Under the pieces are notes generated by a model. It searched no databases. It had not been told where the DNA came from and worked only from the letters and a program-made list of their open reading frames with translations. From Octopus vulgaris (lineage: Eukaryota), in assembly GCA_951406725.2 (NCBI GenBank), contig OX597815.1, forward strand, positions 89,466,001 to 89,530,000: a stretch of 64,000 nt of DNA, in the 5' to 3' direction. The number at the start of each line of letters is the position of its first letter. The stretch's first letter is position 1. The position numbers and the translations under genes are program-made. Of this stretch, positions 12,203-26,163 are shown in pieces.

Positions 12203-12689
12203 TTTTTTAAGTAACGAGAAAATGGATTTGGTATTAATCTTTATTTTGTACCACGGTCGCTTCGACCCATCCTGTTACTGTCCCATGTGGGCAGGACTCC
12301 GTTCAACATGTGCAGCATCAATTTTGCCCTCTGGAACTCATCAGGTGCATTTATACATAAAGTTGTGTCTCGATAAAGTACATGTTGTTATATGTTTCAT
12401 TTCCGTCTAGTTAGGGAATGAAGCATCACTATAATTTTCAATTACTACTATCTTTCTTCAAATTGTACTGATGTTTCATTCCCTAACCAGACGGGCTTAT
12501 AACAAACTAACACCCGAAACTAAGGATCATTAGCAAGACAAAGCTTTATGTAGGAATGTACCTGATGAAACCCAGACTGCAAAATTGATGCAACACAACA
12601 TGTCGAACGGAATCCCACCCATAAGGACAGTAGCAGGATTAGTAGAAACGACGGTTGTATTATATAAAGAATAGTACTAAATCGAGTTC

Positions 12690-12863
12690 TATATTTAAGA
12701 GATGAGGAATTATGTACATTATTTACGTTATTTACATTCGACGGATATTTGTCCTCATCTTGTTTGTTGTTAACACAACGTTTCGGCTGATATACCCTCC
12801 AGTTTCTTCAGGTGTCTTCGGGAAATTTTGAACCTGGGTTCTCATTCCTAAGGTATTTTTCGA
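12690..12863 (-). mobile_element. Penelope-like terminal repeat with minimal hammerhead at 12772-12816 (family E)
   Basis: Minus: GACAC-CTGAAGA-AACTG-gagggtatat-CAGCC-GAAACGTT-GTGTT; stem I ACAC/GTGT. Confidence 0.6.
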
Positions 12864-12896
12864 GGGGTTGACATTTAAAATCAACTTCACCGTGCC

Positions 12897-13378
12897 TCAG
12901 CATCGGTGTTCTCTTTTTCATTGACATACGTAGGTCAATGAAAAGGAGAACACCTATGCTGAACTATTGAGAAATCTGCAGTTACTCTACCCATATTACA
13001 AGTTCTGGTTTATACCTGTAATTATTGGGGCCTTGGGATATGTAATATACTGCCTAAATACCAATCTTGAGAAGTTAGGCCAAAAACCAAACAGGAGAAA
13101 GCTAATTCGAAGACTACAGATCCAATCCATCACTGGAACTGCAAAAATCTGTAAACGTTTCCAGAAGTTTATCATTTAAATACATATGAGCATGTCAAGA
13201 TTTGCAACTATATGCGTGAGAATACATACATAAAACATACAAATCTGCACATACATACATGCATGCATACATATAAACAAAAATACCCTCTGGTTCCAAT
13301 GTAGGATTCTTGGATCTGGGTTAGAAACCGGCTCTTTCTTTATTGGCAAAAAGTCTTGAAATAAACTGAATAATGACA
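12897..13378 (+). mobile_element. 3' fragment of an RLE-type (R4/NeSL-like) LINE with a 5' inverted duplication
   Basis: Peptide EKENTYAELLRNLQ..FIPVIIGALG..QIQSITGTAKI. Hairpin 12897-12961. 3' UTR ends at CATA repeats. Confidence 0.65.
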
Positions 13379-13469
13379 TACATACATAATACATACAAAC
13401 ATACATATTACAAACATATATAATCATTAGATAGTCGTGACAAATGCGTCTCTGTTTTATATTTTACTA

Positions 13470-13542
<73 letters not shown>

Positions 13543-13682
13543 GTATGTGTGCATGTTAGTGGGTAAAAACAGGGTGGGAGAATCATATGTACATATGTGC
13601 TCATTCATGTTATATTCATACATAGCTAGATATACGTATATGTGAGTATGCGTGTGTGTATATGTGTGCGCGTACGTGTGTA

Positions 13683-13723
<41 letters not shown>

Positions 13724-14469
13724 ATATATATATGTTTATATATATATATATCTGTAGCCGTATATCTTTTTCTGTATCTAATTGTTGATTGCCTCGAGCA
13801 AATAGCTGCGAAATATACCTAGAAGGCAAAACGTGCGACATTTAAATGTTTAGATTCACAATCTGCAAACACTTTCTATTTACTGTTCGAAAAATGTCAA
13901 ATCATTAAATTTAAAGACGTAATTATAATCTGTTATCTGGTGCAAGAATATTGCTTCAGCCCTCGAAAATATTTTTTTATTTATTCAACACATTTCTTTG
14001 TAAGAGAAATCTCATTATTTCAATGGATGTATGACTAACTCCAGGATATTCGGAAGACAGCAAATATTTCTTCTAATGATTCCATCTATACTCCTGTGTA
14101 TGATACGTTTCAAGTGAATATTTCCTCTGAATATCAATAATTCAGCAATCATCTGCCTTACCTGTATAGTTATACTCCTTATGTACCGATTTATTCCTTT
14201 GACCTTGTCGCTTAACCATATAATATGCGAGAAATATGATGAAATAATTTCCAGCCTCATAATAGTATATTTTCCTATACACCATGTCGTATAATATTCA
14301 ATGTGTAATTTTGTACGTGTGTATGTATGTGTATAAGTACACACACACGCATACATACACACATACACGTGCACACACAGTCAGACTGACACACCGGTAG
14401 ACAGACAGATAGACACACACAAACACACAAACTTATGTATATGTGCATACACATAAAATAAAAAGAACA

Positions 14470-14610
14470 AAAAGCCCTTACCGAGCCATAAGCTCATGAA
14501 GCCGGTTTGTAGTATTCTGTGGCGTATACGCATTACTCATTTTTGCTACCTGAGTGGACAGGGGCGACGTGAAATGAAGCGTGTTGCCTACGAGCACAAT
14601 GCATCATCCC
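14470..14610 (-). mobile_element. SINE fragment (degraded)
   Basis: Minus GCATTGTGCTCGTAGGCAACACGCTT..TCCACTCAGGTAGCAAAAATGAGTA, a typical SINE central-domain sequence. Confidence 0.4.
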
Positions 14611-14719
14611 CACCCCTTCACACAAGACAACACGCCTCCACTTCTTTGCATACACACACACACACACACATATATATCTATATCTTCTTTTATGCATATG
14701 GAAATACGAACGCGTTTAT

Positions 14720-14840
14720 GCGCGCGTACGTACCTCTGTCGAAGAGACTTTCCCACTCTTCCCGAGCGTCAAACTAATACACCTGCGTGTTGTTCCCTCA
14801 CCTTTCTTCGTCTTCTGTTTTCTATAAATTTGAACAATAT
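14720..14840 (+). mobile_element. Family D terminal fragment with hammerhead deleted
   Basis: Matches the reverse complement of 24087-24212. Retains CTGTCGAAGAG, then skips stem II/III. Ends in (TA)n. Confidence 0.55.
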
Positions 14841-14907
14841 ATATACTTATATATATATATATATATATATATATACCATATATATAATATATTAATATTA
14901 TATAACA

Positions 14908-14945
<38 letters not shown>

Positions 14946-14982
14946 AACATGCATATATATATATATATATATATATACAAAC

Positions 14983-15045
<63 letters not shown>

Positions 15046-16406
15046 CACACATATATATATACATGTAAATGTAATTACAAGATCCAAGGAACACAGTATA
15101 GGTTGTTTGTAAGCTTCGAGCATTGCGTGGTAAGAATTTTCCCGTATTGAAATGCGATAAACTGGAAAACAAAATTATAGCTGAGTGTTAAAAACTTGAG
15201 TTGCTAAAGAATACGAAGAAAAATCCAAATCGATGGAGTGGAGCGGGTAAAATTCTAGCTACTTATGTTTCCTAGGTAACAGATCCCCTGATGTAATAAT
15301 TACTCAACAAGGGGTACTCAGATAACAATTCATCAGGCATAAGATACATTAATTATTTGAGGGTTACACTGCCATTAGAGAATCTGCAGTCAACTCGCCG
15401 AAGATACAATTTGAAACGAGTGGTGAAGCTGGAAGAACAGCGCATAAAAAGCCACATAGAAAACAAGCGTTTGATGAAATAAGATGGTCAGTAAGTAAGA
15501 AAAGTGAAGCAAGAGGTCAAATATTTGAGAGTGGCGAACAGTATTAAGTTGTTAAGAATAAAGAAAATGAAAGGGGAAAGGAAGACGGGGTATTTGGTGT
15601 TGATGGATGCTAAACTTTAGAGGAAGGGTCTTTGGGAATATTAAACTGGGGTCACTTTACTTTGTCTACAGTAAACAAGTAATTCGGTTCACCATGCGTG
15701 AATGTTTATACAGAACAAAAAAATTAGAAGAGACGAAATGGTCAAGGACAAGCAAAAAAAGGAAAGAAAGAGGTAAAAAGTTTAGGAGTGGGAGTTGGGT
15801 GTTGTTAGAAAAGAAGAGGAGGGGTGAAAGCAAGTGTCAGATTGGAGTTGAAGGGTGTATTCTTTAAGGGAGAACATTGTTGCGATAGTTTTAAGTTGCT
15901 GGCTTACTACTGCACAGTAACTATACGTACTATTCGCGTACACACGTGCGAATGTGTAAACTTACAGCAAGTGCATAGTATCAGCATAGGTTTGTACGCG
16001 CCGAAACACGCATTGGTGTTTCCAAATGCAAAAACGAAGATATAAAGAGATCACAAAGATAATGAGATATATATATATAAAGATAGCTTAAGAAAAGTAT
16101 GTTATAAATGCATTGAAGAAATCCAATAGGGGTGAGAGCAGGGAATTATCTGGGAAGGGAGTATTATTTGTGCCTTAAGAAGGTATTACATAAATTGTGT
16201 TGCTCATTAAAGCAGTCGCAGACATCGTAATTATTGTTATAACAGTTATACGCCAAGCAGTGATTTGTACATTAGTAAATTTAAGTGTGGACGTCTCAAT
16301 GGCCATCGTCGTTCACAACCTCTAACTGGACCAGGTTATTACTTTCTTTCTTCGCTGCTGTCAACAGTATTAGCGCTAAGCAGTGATTGTACCTAACAGA
16401 ATTTTA

Positions 16407-16776
16407 GTCTAGTTAAAACATGTTTATGATATATATCAACTTCTGAAGGCAAATTCATTACAGTTACATTATAGAGAAATAATTCCTTGCAGTCATATTG
16501 TTTTTAGAAGTTGAAATATGTCTCAAACATTTTAACTAACCTTAAGTTCGCTTATGCCTAACCACTGCGTTGATACTGCGGATTTATCCCAAACAAGCGG
16601 TCGAATGGCACAACTTAGTCAATGCTTTTGACTGATATTTAGTTAAGACTAAGGAGCTAGTAAAGCTGCGTGTGGGGTTTCTACATCTACTGCCATAAAG
16701 AATTTTTTCTCCACCGTAACTGCAGTGAATTTACCTTTAGAAGATCAAATATATTCTAAACATGTTTTAACTAGCC
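16407..16776. mobile_element. MITE-like foldback element with long imperfect TIRs and TA flanks
   Basis: CTAGTTAAAACATGTTTA / TAAACATGTTTTAACTAG and TTCTGAAGGCAAATTCATTACAGTTAC / GTAACTGCAGTGAATTTACCTTTAGAA. Confidence 0.7.
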
Positions 16777-16820
16777 TATGCAACACACACACAGAGGCAC
16801 ACACACACACGCGCGCGCAT

Positions 16821-16855
<35 letters not shown>

Positions 16856-16881
16856 GATATATATCTGTATGTATATGTATG

Positions 16882-16970
<89 letters not shown>

Positions 16971-16980
16971 CATATAAACT

Positions 16981-17200
16981 CTTTTACTCTTTTACTTGTC
17001 TCAGTCATTTGACTGCGGCAATGGTGGAGCTCTGCCTTTAGTTGAGCAAATCGACTCCAGGACTTATTCTTTGTAATCCTAGGACTTATTCTATTGGTCT
17101 CTTTTGCCGAACCGCTAAGTTACGGGGACGTAAACACACCAGCATCGGTTGTCAAGCGATGTTGCGGGGACAAACACAGATACACAAACATATACACACA
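16981..17200 (-). mobile_element. SINE family S2, 3' half
   Basis: Matches 63610-63830; tail is homologous to the CR1 3' UTR. Confidence 0.8.
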
Positions 17201-17205
17201 CATAC

Positions 17206-17264
<59 letters not shown>

Positions 17265-17574
17265 GTGAAAACGGAGACTTATACATCACCAAAATCTGAT
17301 TGCTAAAGTATTTAGCGAATAATCCATTCCGATACGTGCCTCTGTGGGATAAGTCTCCTTGTGTCGTTTGATATAGCAATTATGTGCATTTAATTGATTT
17401 ATAATAAATCAATTGCAACGTAACTTTATCTAAAGTCTGAAAACCTTATGCGAAAGGTTAGTCATACAGGTGAAATAAGCGCACTGAAGATTGTAGTATT
17501 AGATGTGTTCCCAAAATTTATTCTGGTTGGTATTATTATTCGAGTTATTACGACTTTGATGCATTAATTGCTTA

Positions 17575-17645
<71 letters not shown>

Positions 17646-17649
<4 letters not shown>

Positions 17650-17909
17650 GCTGGTCACAATGCGCTTCGTATTGTTTTAACCTTCAAATGACGCCACCCG
17701 CTGACTAGGCAAGCAGGCCAAGAGAAGAAAGGGTGAGAGAAAGCCGTGGCGAAAGAGTACAGCAGGGATCGCCGCCACATCCTGCCGGAGCCTCGAGCAG
17801 CTTTACGTGTTTTCACTCAATGAACACTCACAACACCCGGTCTGGAATCGAAGCCGCGATCCAACGACTGCGAGTTCGCATCCCTAACCACTGGGCCATT
17901 GCGCCTCCA
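17646..17909 (-). mobile_element. tRNA-derived SINE (family S3)
   Basis: Minus head GGAGGCGCAATGGCCCAGTGGTTAG (A box) ... CTTCGATTCC (B box-like); ends at (TA)n. Confidence 0.75.
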
Positions 17910-18105
17910 CACACACAGACAGACACAGGCACACACACAGACACACACATACATATTCACAGCAGCATATATATGTGTATACATCCGTTACCGGCAATTG
18001 AAAGTGTTTTTAGTTAAAGCAGCCAACTATGTATCATAGTTAATGATAGACATTCGATATCTATGTAGTTATCTATCTATCTATATACATATATAAACTT
18101 AAATA

Positions 18106-18148
<43 letters not shown>

Positions 18149-18169
18149 ATATATACATATATATATATT

Positions 18170-18208
<39 letters not shown>

Positions 18209-18290
18209 TCTATATATATATATATATATATATTTACATATATATATTCCTATATATATATGTTTGTATATATATATATGCATATATATA

Positions 18291-18321
<31 letters not shown>

Positions 18322-20703
18322 ATATATGTATATATATATAAAGAGTGTATGCGTTTGGAAGTTTTGAGTAAATTGATGAAAATTAGAAAAGAAAATCGAT
18401 TGAAAAATTACGTGGATGGTTTCACAAATGCAAAATTGTCACCATGGAAAAGGTAAATCAATTAGCAACGAATAAAGGTCATTCCTATACTATCAAATTG
18501 ATAATCACATTATATGTGTATTACTTCTTGGGAATTTACATTGGTAATTATGTCAGAAAATGTACCAGGAATTATAATCCCTTGCTGCGTTTCAGAATAA
18601 GTTTCAAAAATGAATATTACATGAAATATGGAATAGAGTGAACACTGAACAAAAGTAATAAATACGTATATCGCAATACATCAAGAATTCCCATATGCTG
18701 TTTGCAATATTTAAATTTCAAGATATCTAATTTCGAATATATCAAATTACGCTTAATTAGCAATAATCTATTGGTTTGTGTTATGTTTTCTACAGCAAAT
18801 GCGATTACTGGAGTGAAATTATAAACATGAAACATACAAATTATTAACCTTGTACAGATAGAAAGAAAAATGTTGAATGAACGAACCGCATCTAGTTTCT
18901 GTTGTAAATTCATTGGACTATTTATTGCAAACTTCAACTCAGTTTTATCCAACCATCTGTATTTGAGTTCTTGTATAATCTATTTATTAATCCACTGTCA
19001 AAATATATGCTAGTCAGTGTGTAATATATCTAATATTAATTCTGACAATTTGTCCCATAAGAACTATCGAAATTCATGTTTGAATCTGACCAAATGTTTC
19101 TAATAATCATTCCTATATAGAAAAATCAGCTATTTTAATGCTATTATTAAATTCATATCTAAAAGTACGCAAACACACACAAACGAGACAGCCTTGGTGT
19201 TTATACGTATATATATATATATATATATAAGCAATTCCAAACGCAATATAGAATTAATACGATGATTAGCTTCGCCTTCAAATTGTATCATCACTTTATA
19301 AGTTTGCAAGTTAAACACACTGAGTTGATATGTTCACTGTCTCAAATTTATGAGGGTGAAGATGTACAATTGCATCTCGTCGATAGAGTGAAATAAAATA
19401 AACTATACCATACACAACCTAGATTTGAGCAATTCAATGAAAGAAAAGCTCAAGTTTAAACTTAGTTAATTTTGATGTTGCTCCTGTACTGAACCAGTAT
19501 TTGTATGGCTGTAAAATATCTTACAGTTGCGACCAACTTTTAGAGATACTTGTTTGCCATTGCAACAATTAGAGTCATTACATAGACCACATCTGCTGAA
19601 CTACAAATTATTTTTGACAGGATATAGAGTGATAAGGTGGCAGAAATTATAGAACGCCGAACCAAAGTTGACTTTTGATTCTATTTTCTAGCCCGCATGA
19701 TTTACGATGCATCAGTTTGACAAAATATGTTCTCTTCACTGTGGAACTACGTTCAGTTATGAGCACATCTTCATTGAAGTGTAAAGTATTCAGTAGTTTT
19801 TAGTACAGATTGTAGTATATACACCATTGTTGTATAATTTGTCGCAGTCAGTTTTAATAAAAAATAGTTGTACTTTAAGCAATTTGACAAACGAAGCAGG
19901 CCGTAAGGCTGGCTCACGTCAGCAGATCTGTTGAAGATGTGAAAATTATATCCATGAAAATAATTTTATGTTTACAGATTAGCCTTCACGTTTCGCTTTT
20001 GTTTTCTTTAACATTTTACTGTAAAGATATATTTTAAGCGTCACGATTTACTAGTGCATGCTTTCTAAAATAAGATGAAGACGGTCCATGAGATTACATG
20101 AATGTAATTAATGTAATATGAGTACAGCAGCCATGACAAAGACATGTTTCTTTTTATAACCAAATCATATCAGAAATATATTTGTATGAACACATAAACA
20201 TGTCAAGATCACAGATATTTATTGCGGAATTTCTTACTTTAATGGATCAACTTCAAATACAAAGTTTAGAAACGTTGTAAGCTTCAGAAAGTTTCTACTG
20301 AAAACTGATGCATTAATATGTCATGTTTGTAACAAATTTAAACCCAAAAGTCGGATTAAATTAATACAACTTCTAAATATAGACCTATGTTTGGATATAT
20401 CTTAAATATTATGACGAATGTCTGGGAACGAATTTTAGCCTACAAATGAACACCCATAGACGCATACACTTGTATGTGCATTTGCATGTGTAAATGTAGG
20501 TCTGGAACAGTAAGTATATATTTACTCACCTACATATACGTTAATGTACGCGCACACATTTGAGGATAAATATGAATTTATATACGAACGCAAATTTGTA
20601 TTTAACTATATCTACATTAAAATTTTTTTAAATATATATATACGGCATGCATACATACATATATATCTCTATATATGTAAATTTATACATACGTATAGTG
20701 TGA

Positions 20704-20740
<37 letters not shown>

Positions 20741-20743
<3 letters not shown>

Positions 20744-20828
20744 CCTTCTTTCCGGAGCGTCCAATAATACTTTATTTGTTCCACGTCCTTGTGTTGTGTT
20801 TTTTTGTTTTCTTGTTTGGATTAACTTT
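20741..20828 (+). mobile_element. Family C 3' terminal fragment between (TA)n tracts
   Basis: GAGCGTCCAATAATACT..GGATTAACTT matches 21345-21430. Confidence 0.65.
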
Positions 20829-21254
20829 ATATATATATATAACTATATTTATATATACGTATAGTGTGAGTACATCAAATTAACTATACGTGTGTGTAGT
20901 ACACGTATCTGTCATTCACATAAGCAGACAGACTTTAAAATACACACACGCCCCCTCCCACATTGGCAGAAATACTTTTATGTCACCTTATAATCCAATC
21001 TACTCTACAATCTCTCTCCTACGTGAAGCATTATAGACTGAATCGACATGGTTAAACTAAGCTAACTCTAAGCATATAACTTCTGAAAGCAGTAGTACTG
21101 ACCCTATATTCGCGCCAATATTCTGACCTCACTTTGCTTATTATAGGAGTTTAACCCTACCTTAAATTTATGATTAAAGGTGCACTAACTTTTGAGAAGT
21201 AACAATTCATTCATTCATCCATTCATTTATTCAGATATGTACATGCGTGTTTAC

Positions 21255-21430
21255 CGTTGGCGATTTTTTCCCCTCTGTCTTCCCTTCTCCTATGTTTCCG
21301 ACGAAGAGCTCCGCTCGAAACGTTAAACCCTCCTTCTTTCCTTCTTTCCTGAGCGTCCAATAATACTATATTTATTCCACGTCCTCGCGTTGTTGTGTCT
21401 TTTTTTGTGCTTTCATGTTTGTATTAACTT
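21255..21430 (+). mobile_element. Family C element with minimal hammerhead at 21294-21328
   Basis: GTTT-CCGACGA-A-GAGC-tcc-GCTC-GAAACGTT-AAAC; stem I GTTT/AAAC; 3' end into (TA)n. Confidence 0.65.
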
Positions 21431-21557
21431 TATATATATACATACATGCATATACATACATGCATACACATACATATGTATATATGTATATATATAAATA
21501 TATACATACATACATATACATATATATGTATATATATATATGCATATATATATGTAT

Positions 21558-21603
<46 letters not shown>

Positions 21604-21920
21604 ACAGACATAATTACAACAATAACAAAACTATACAGGCAAAGAATAACCACAGACAAGGAACAAACAGACCAAAACAACAAAGGGTTTAGGAACAACA
21701 ACAAAAATAAACACAATAATGATCACAAAATATGAAATAGAATGATAAAAAATTGTTAAATGCGCACCTATATAATACACTATCCGGCGTATGGGACCTG
21801 TGCCTTGAAGAAGCCTTGTGTATCCTTTTAGGTAACGAAGACTTGGTATACAAGCATGCTGAGAAAATACCGAGATCTCATCGCGCCAAATAAGCATTTT
21901 CGAGATTCATCACTGTGAAG

Positions 21921-21967
21921 TAACAACAACAACAACAACAACAACAACGACAATAATAATAATAATG

Positions 21968-22026
<59 letters not shown>
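21921..22026. repeat. (AAC)n/(AAT)n microsatellite
   Basis: Read directly. Confidence 0.95.
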
Positions 22027-22269
22027 TAAAACAAACTTTTTATTTATTTATTTATTTATTTATTTTTAAAAAATTATATTTTTATGTATTAGACATTCAC
22101 TAGTACAACATCACCCCCCCCCAAATATATGGGTGAGACTTGGAGCCAACTTATACAGACATAAAGCAAAAGTCAAACATAGAATAATAATAATAATGCG
22201 ACCAGGCCAAAATGCCGTGTATGTAGCAGTAGCTCAACATGTCGTGTATGTAAACAACAAAATGAAACC

Positions 22270-22590
22270 ATTGATATGGCTGTCCCAATCGACATAAATG
22301 TATCAAGACCTACCAAAAACTGAGCAGGTATAAAGATCTTGAAATAGAAATTGGCAAAATGTGAAACTTCAAGACTAAAACAATACCTGTTGTCATGGAA
22401 GCCCTAGGAATGATATCAAAAGGGGCTGATACCTACCTAGCTCAGACACAGGTAAAGCCTAAAATGGCCGAAATTCAAAAGATAGTGCTCATGGAAACTG
22501 CCCATATCCTACGTAAAATACTGTCTGTGTAATCACACATTTTAAAACAAATTCATAATAATTTTCTTATGTTTTCTTAAACATTCTCTA
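22270..22590 (+). pseudogene. RLE-type LINE C-terminal endonuclease fragment
   Basis: IDMAVPIDIN..KLSRYKDLEIEI..KTIPVVMEALG..EIQKIVLMETAHILRKILSV*. Confidence 0.75.
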
Positions 22591-22861
22591 GTTGTATTTC
22601 TTCAGGTTGTCCCCGTTAGTTATAAAATCTTTGACTTCGATACTAACAGATCCATCCGCCTTGTTTGAATTTATTATACCCTGGCAGTTTCATTCCTCTT
22701 GTTATTAATATGCTTCTGCGTGCCTGCTATGAGTGGTATTGGATATATTGGCTACTTATTTTGCTCCCCATGTTAGGCTGCACATGTGAAATTTTATTAT
22801 CCGACCTTCAGTATTCCTTGGGTCAGAGACACACAGAGCCTCTCCTATATATATATATATA

Positions 22862-23653
22862 TATCCGTAATAATGAAGGGTGAAATTAATTAATTTGGAA
22901 TAATTATCAATTACACCAAGTAGTCTTCGGCATGTAAAAGACTCATTCGAGGAAAATTTAAGTAATACTAAGCAATAAAGGGTTTAGCAACGAATTGCCT
23001 TACCACAGACCGAATTTAGAAATAGCAGTCAAAGAGTTATAGCTATTTCTTCTACTAAAAAGGGAGATCTCAGTAAAAAACACAGCAATTGGAAGGCAGA
23101 CACAAACAGGTAAGAGAGAATGAATTGACGGCAATCTATCATACAATTTTAAGTTATCTACGGACGCACGTTTCGAAATCAAGTTTTTAGGAAAGCATAA
23201 GAATTAAATATTAAATAATTCTACGTTACCCAGACTTCTTTTCTCTTCAGCGTAGAATACTATAATCATAAATGATTATATATTGAATTTTGAGATACTA
23301 GAAGGCACCAACTCAACTCAGTATCAGAGCGAGCTAGAATCCGCAACTAGTATCACCAAACTCAAAGTGTGAATGAAAGGATTGTGTCACCAGCCCCTTC
23401 CCACCCGCGTGTAGCCAAAACAAGATGCTATGGTCATCTACTGAGATAAAATATGGTTATCCGTAATAATGAAGGGTGAAATTAATTAATTTGGAATAAT
23501 TATCAATTACACCAAGTAGTCTTCGGCATGTAAAAGCCTCATTCGAGGAAAATTTAAGTAATACTAAGCAATAAAGGGTTTAGCAACGAATTGCCTTACC
23601 ACAGACCGAATTTAGAAATAGCAGTCAAAGAGTTATAGCTATTTCTTCTACTA
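22862..23653 (-). mobile_element. Retrozyme-like element family F, about 1.33 monomers (596-bp unit) between (TA)n tracts
   Basis: 22862-23057 is repeated at 23458-23653 (one mismatch seen). Contains an HHR; no ORF. Confidence 0.8.
23158..23255 (-). ncRNA. Type I hammerhead ribozyme (family F)
   Basis: CTACG-CTGAAGA-GAAA..(long loop)..TTTC-GAAAC-GTGC-GTC-CGTAG. Confidence 0.8.
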
Positions 23654-23924
23654 TATATATATATATATATATATATATGGAAACTGAAAGGATCGAATAT
23701 TAAATACGAAATGAATGATCAATAATAAAGTAAAAATGGACATCCATTAATTCGGTATCCGGCAAATTTGACCTTTTCCTACAGGAAGTATTGAGTATAC
23801 AGCTGAGTAATGAGAACCTGGTAAACAAGGATGATGAGAAAATTCCAAGATGTAACTACCGCGCCAAATATTCACTTTCAAGACGGGACATATAAAAATA
23901 ACAACTGCAATTCATCTATCTATA

Positions 23925-23975
<51 letters not shown>

Positions 23976-24020
23976 ATATCTATCTGTGTGTATGCATATA
24001 TATATGTATGTGTGTGTGTA

Positions 24021-24086
<66 letters not shown>

Positions 24087-24089
<3 letters not shown>

Positions 24090-24255
24090 AGAGTTTACGA
24101 AAAAAACAAAAGCCGAAGACAGGCGGTGTAGAAAACAAACAGATGTATTAGTATAACGCTCAGGAATAGAAAACGTCTTTTACGTTTCGAGCCTACGCTC
24201 GTCTACAGAAAGGTACACAGAAAAAACAAGGAGAGAAATAAGGAGAGAAAAAATG
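24087..24255 (-). mobile_element. Family D element with hammerhead-like motif at 24177-24212
   Basis: CTTT-CTGTAGA-C-GAGC-gtag-GCTC-GAAACGTA-AAAG; 3' end into (TA)n; copy at 44535-44661. Confidence 0.6.
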
Positions 24256-24667
24256 TGTGTATCATGCAGTAGACTGTTACAGAGATCGATATCTATGTGT
24301 GTAATCTGTTTACTTCTAAATTATAGAAGTTTAAACTGATTGTATGAAAAGAAAAAAAAAAACACTGTGGGATCCGTTTACTGTTACATTATGTTTTTAA
24401 TAAAACTTTTACATAATGTATTATATTATGCTGATACAGATTGTTTTTACTTTACTATGAGCTCCTTTTGGCACATTTGCACTATAAACCGTAAATGATA
24501 TTACTCTTTGTTATTGATGCAAATAACATTCGAAACATTTCTAGTTTCCGTTTTATTGATGTGGCAGTTTCCATTCTGTCAAATATATACTTCAAATAAT
24601 TTAATATCTCATGTACAAAACCTGAAAATTAAAATATACAAATTGCGTTACATATGAAAATGTAACC

Positions 24668-24728
<61 letters not shown>

Positions 24729-24736
24729 GTGTGTTA

Positions 24737-24848
<112 letters not shown>

Positions 24849-25706
24849 TGTATGTATGTATAATGTTTTGTTCACAATCGCATTTATTCTTTTTATCTGT
24901 GGTGTCATAATATGTTTATATTTCAACAGAAAAACGAACCAAACTTCCGGGGTTTTGTACTGATCAATAACGATCAGATATATTTTAAATTATTGAACAG
25001 TTTCCCTTAAATGATATGTAGCGTTATTGACCAAAATAAATTTAACAGTTTATGGAGTTTTCTTTTATGTATTCAATATATATTAGCAGTTAAATATTTT
25101 ACAGGAAGTCTGTTGTTTCTCTGGATAAATCTATTATACTTCGGAGTTTATATACTTCTATACACACCAAAATATATACAACTGTGAGATAAGTTAATAA
25201 TATTACGGAATAGATTATATACAAACTTACAAATATAACATCAATCGCTCATCATCATTTTCATCCTCAACTTCAGCATCGTCACCCTGGTCATTAGCAT
25301 TTTATCATCACCAACATCATAATTATCACCATCATCATTGTCATCATTGTCATCGTCACATTAATATCATCATCAAAATCTTGCTGGAGAGATTGCCTAT
25401 TATAATATATTACAATAAGATAAATCTCAGAAATACTGGTGTATTTCAGAAAGTGAGTTTTAATCATATACGTTAATATATCTCTCTCCAGATTGCTAAT
25501 TGCAGAAATCCATATGAATGTTTTAGTTAGAAGCAGGTCTAATAATGTGAGTGTAGCAATATTGATATCCTCACTGTTTGAGAAAAAGATTAGGAATGAT
25601 CTCGGCTGAGATTACAACCATATTAGACTAGTTTAACCATGTTGTGTCCACTGATCTGATTGGTTAGCATCTAGCGCGGTCTAACACTGTACTGTTTTCA
25701 CGCCAG

Positions 25707-26163
25707 TGTGTAAACTGACCAATCACGGCCTTCGGATAGGATCTTTTAATTGAGCCATCTTTACTCCTTAAATAAGCTAGTATTTTCACAATTCATCGTC
25801 TTTCGGCTTTAGACCTTCTAAGGTCTAGTCGGAGACCACAGAGCTACTCAGCCATGTTCCAGTTCGAACAACAGACGACAGCCAGCCAACCATACTATAA
25901 AGACGCTATTGTATACCAGCGACAGACAGAACGTCATTACCAACGTCATCTCCATCTCCGAAGATTTCAACTTGTACACAACAACACAAATACACAGATT
26001 CAACTCAGGCTGTTTGTGTGAAACTATCACCACGAAAAAACAGTTGCAGTATATATATCTGAAAGAACGATCTATATCAAGAGAAACCTGCACAACAAGT
26101 GACTCAACTAGTCTCCGCTTCGAGACCCAAATCTTGTTATAGAACTTATTATCGTGTACCACA
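25707..26163 (+). mobile_element. Possible solo LTR
   Basis: TGTG..CACA ends with CCAAT and CTATAAAG motifs inside; no TSD found. Confidence 0.25.

Noticed and set aside
17646-17909. tRNA gene
   Set aside because: A and B boxes are present, but there is no closed cloverleaf and a SINE body follows.
21770-21915. Minus-strand LLQGTGPIRRIV resembling an RLE LINE C-terminus
   Set aside because: Single short motif only.
22862-23653. LTR or TRIM interpretation of the direct terminal repeats
   Set aside because: No TG..CA ends, PBS or PPT, and the repeat boundaries differ between copies of the same unit.
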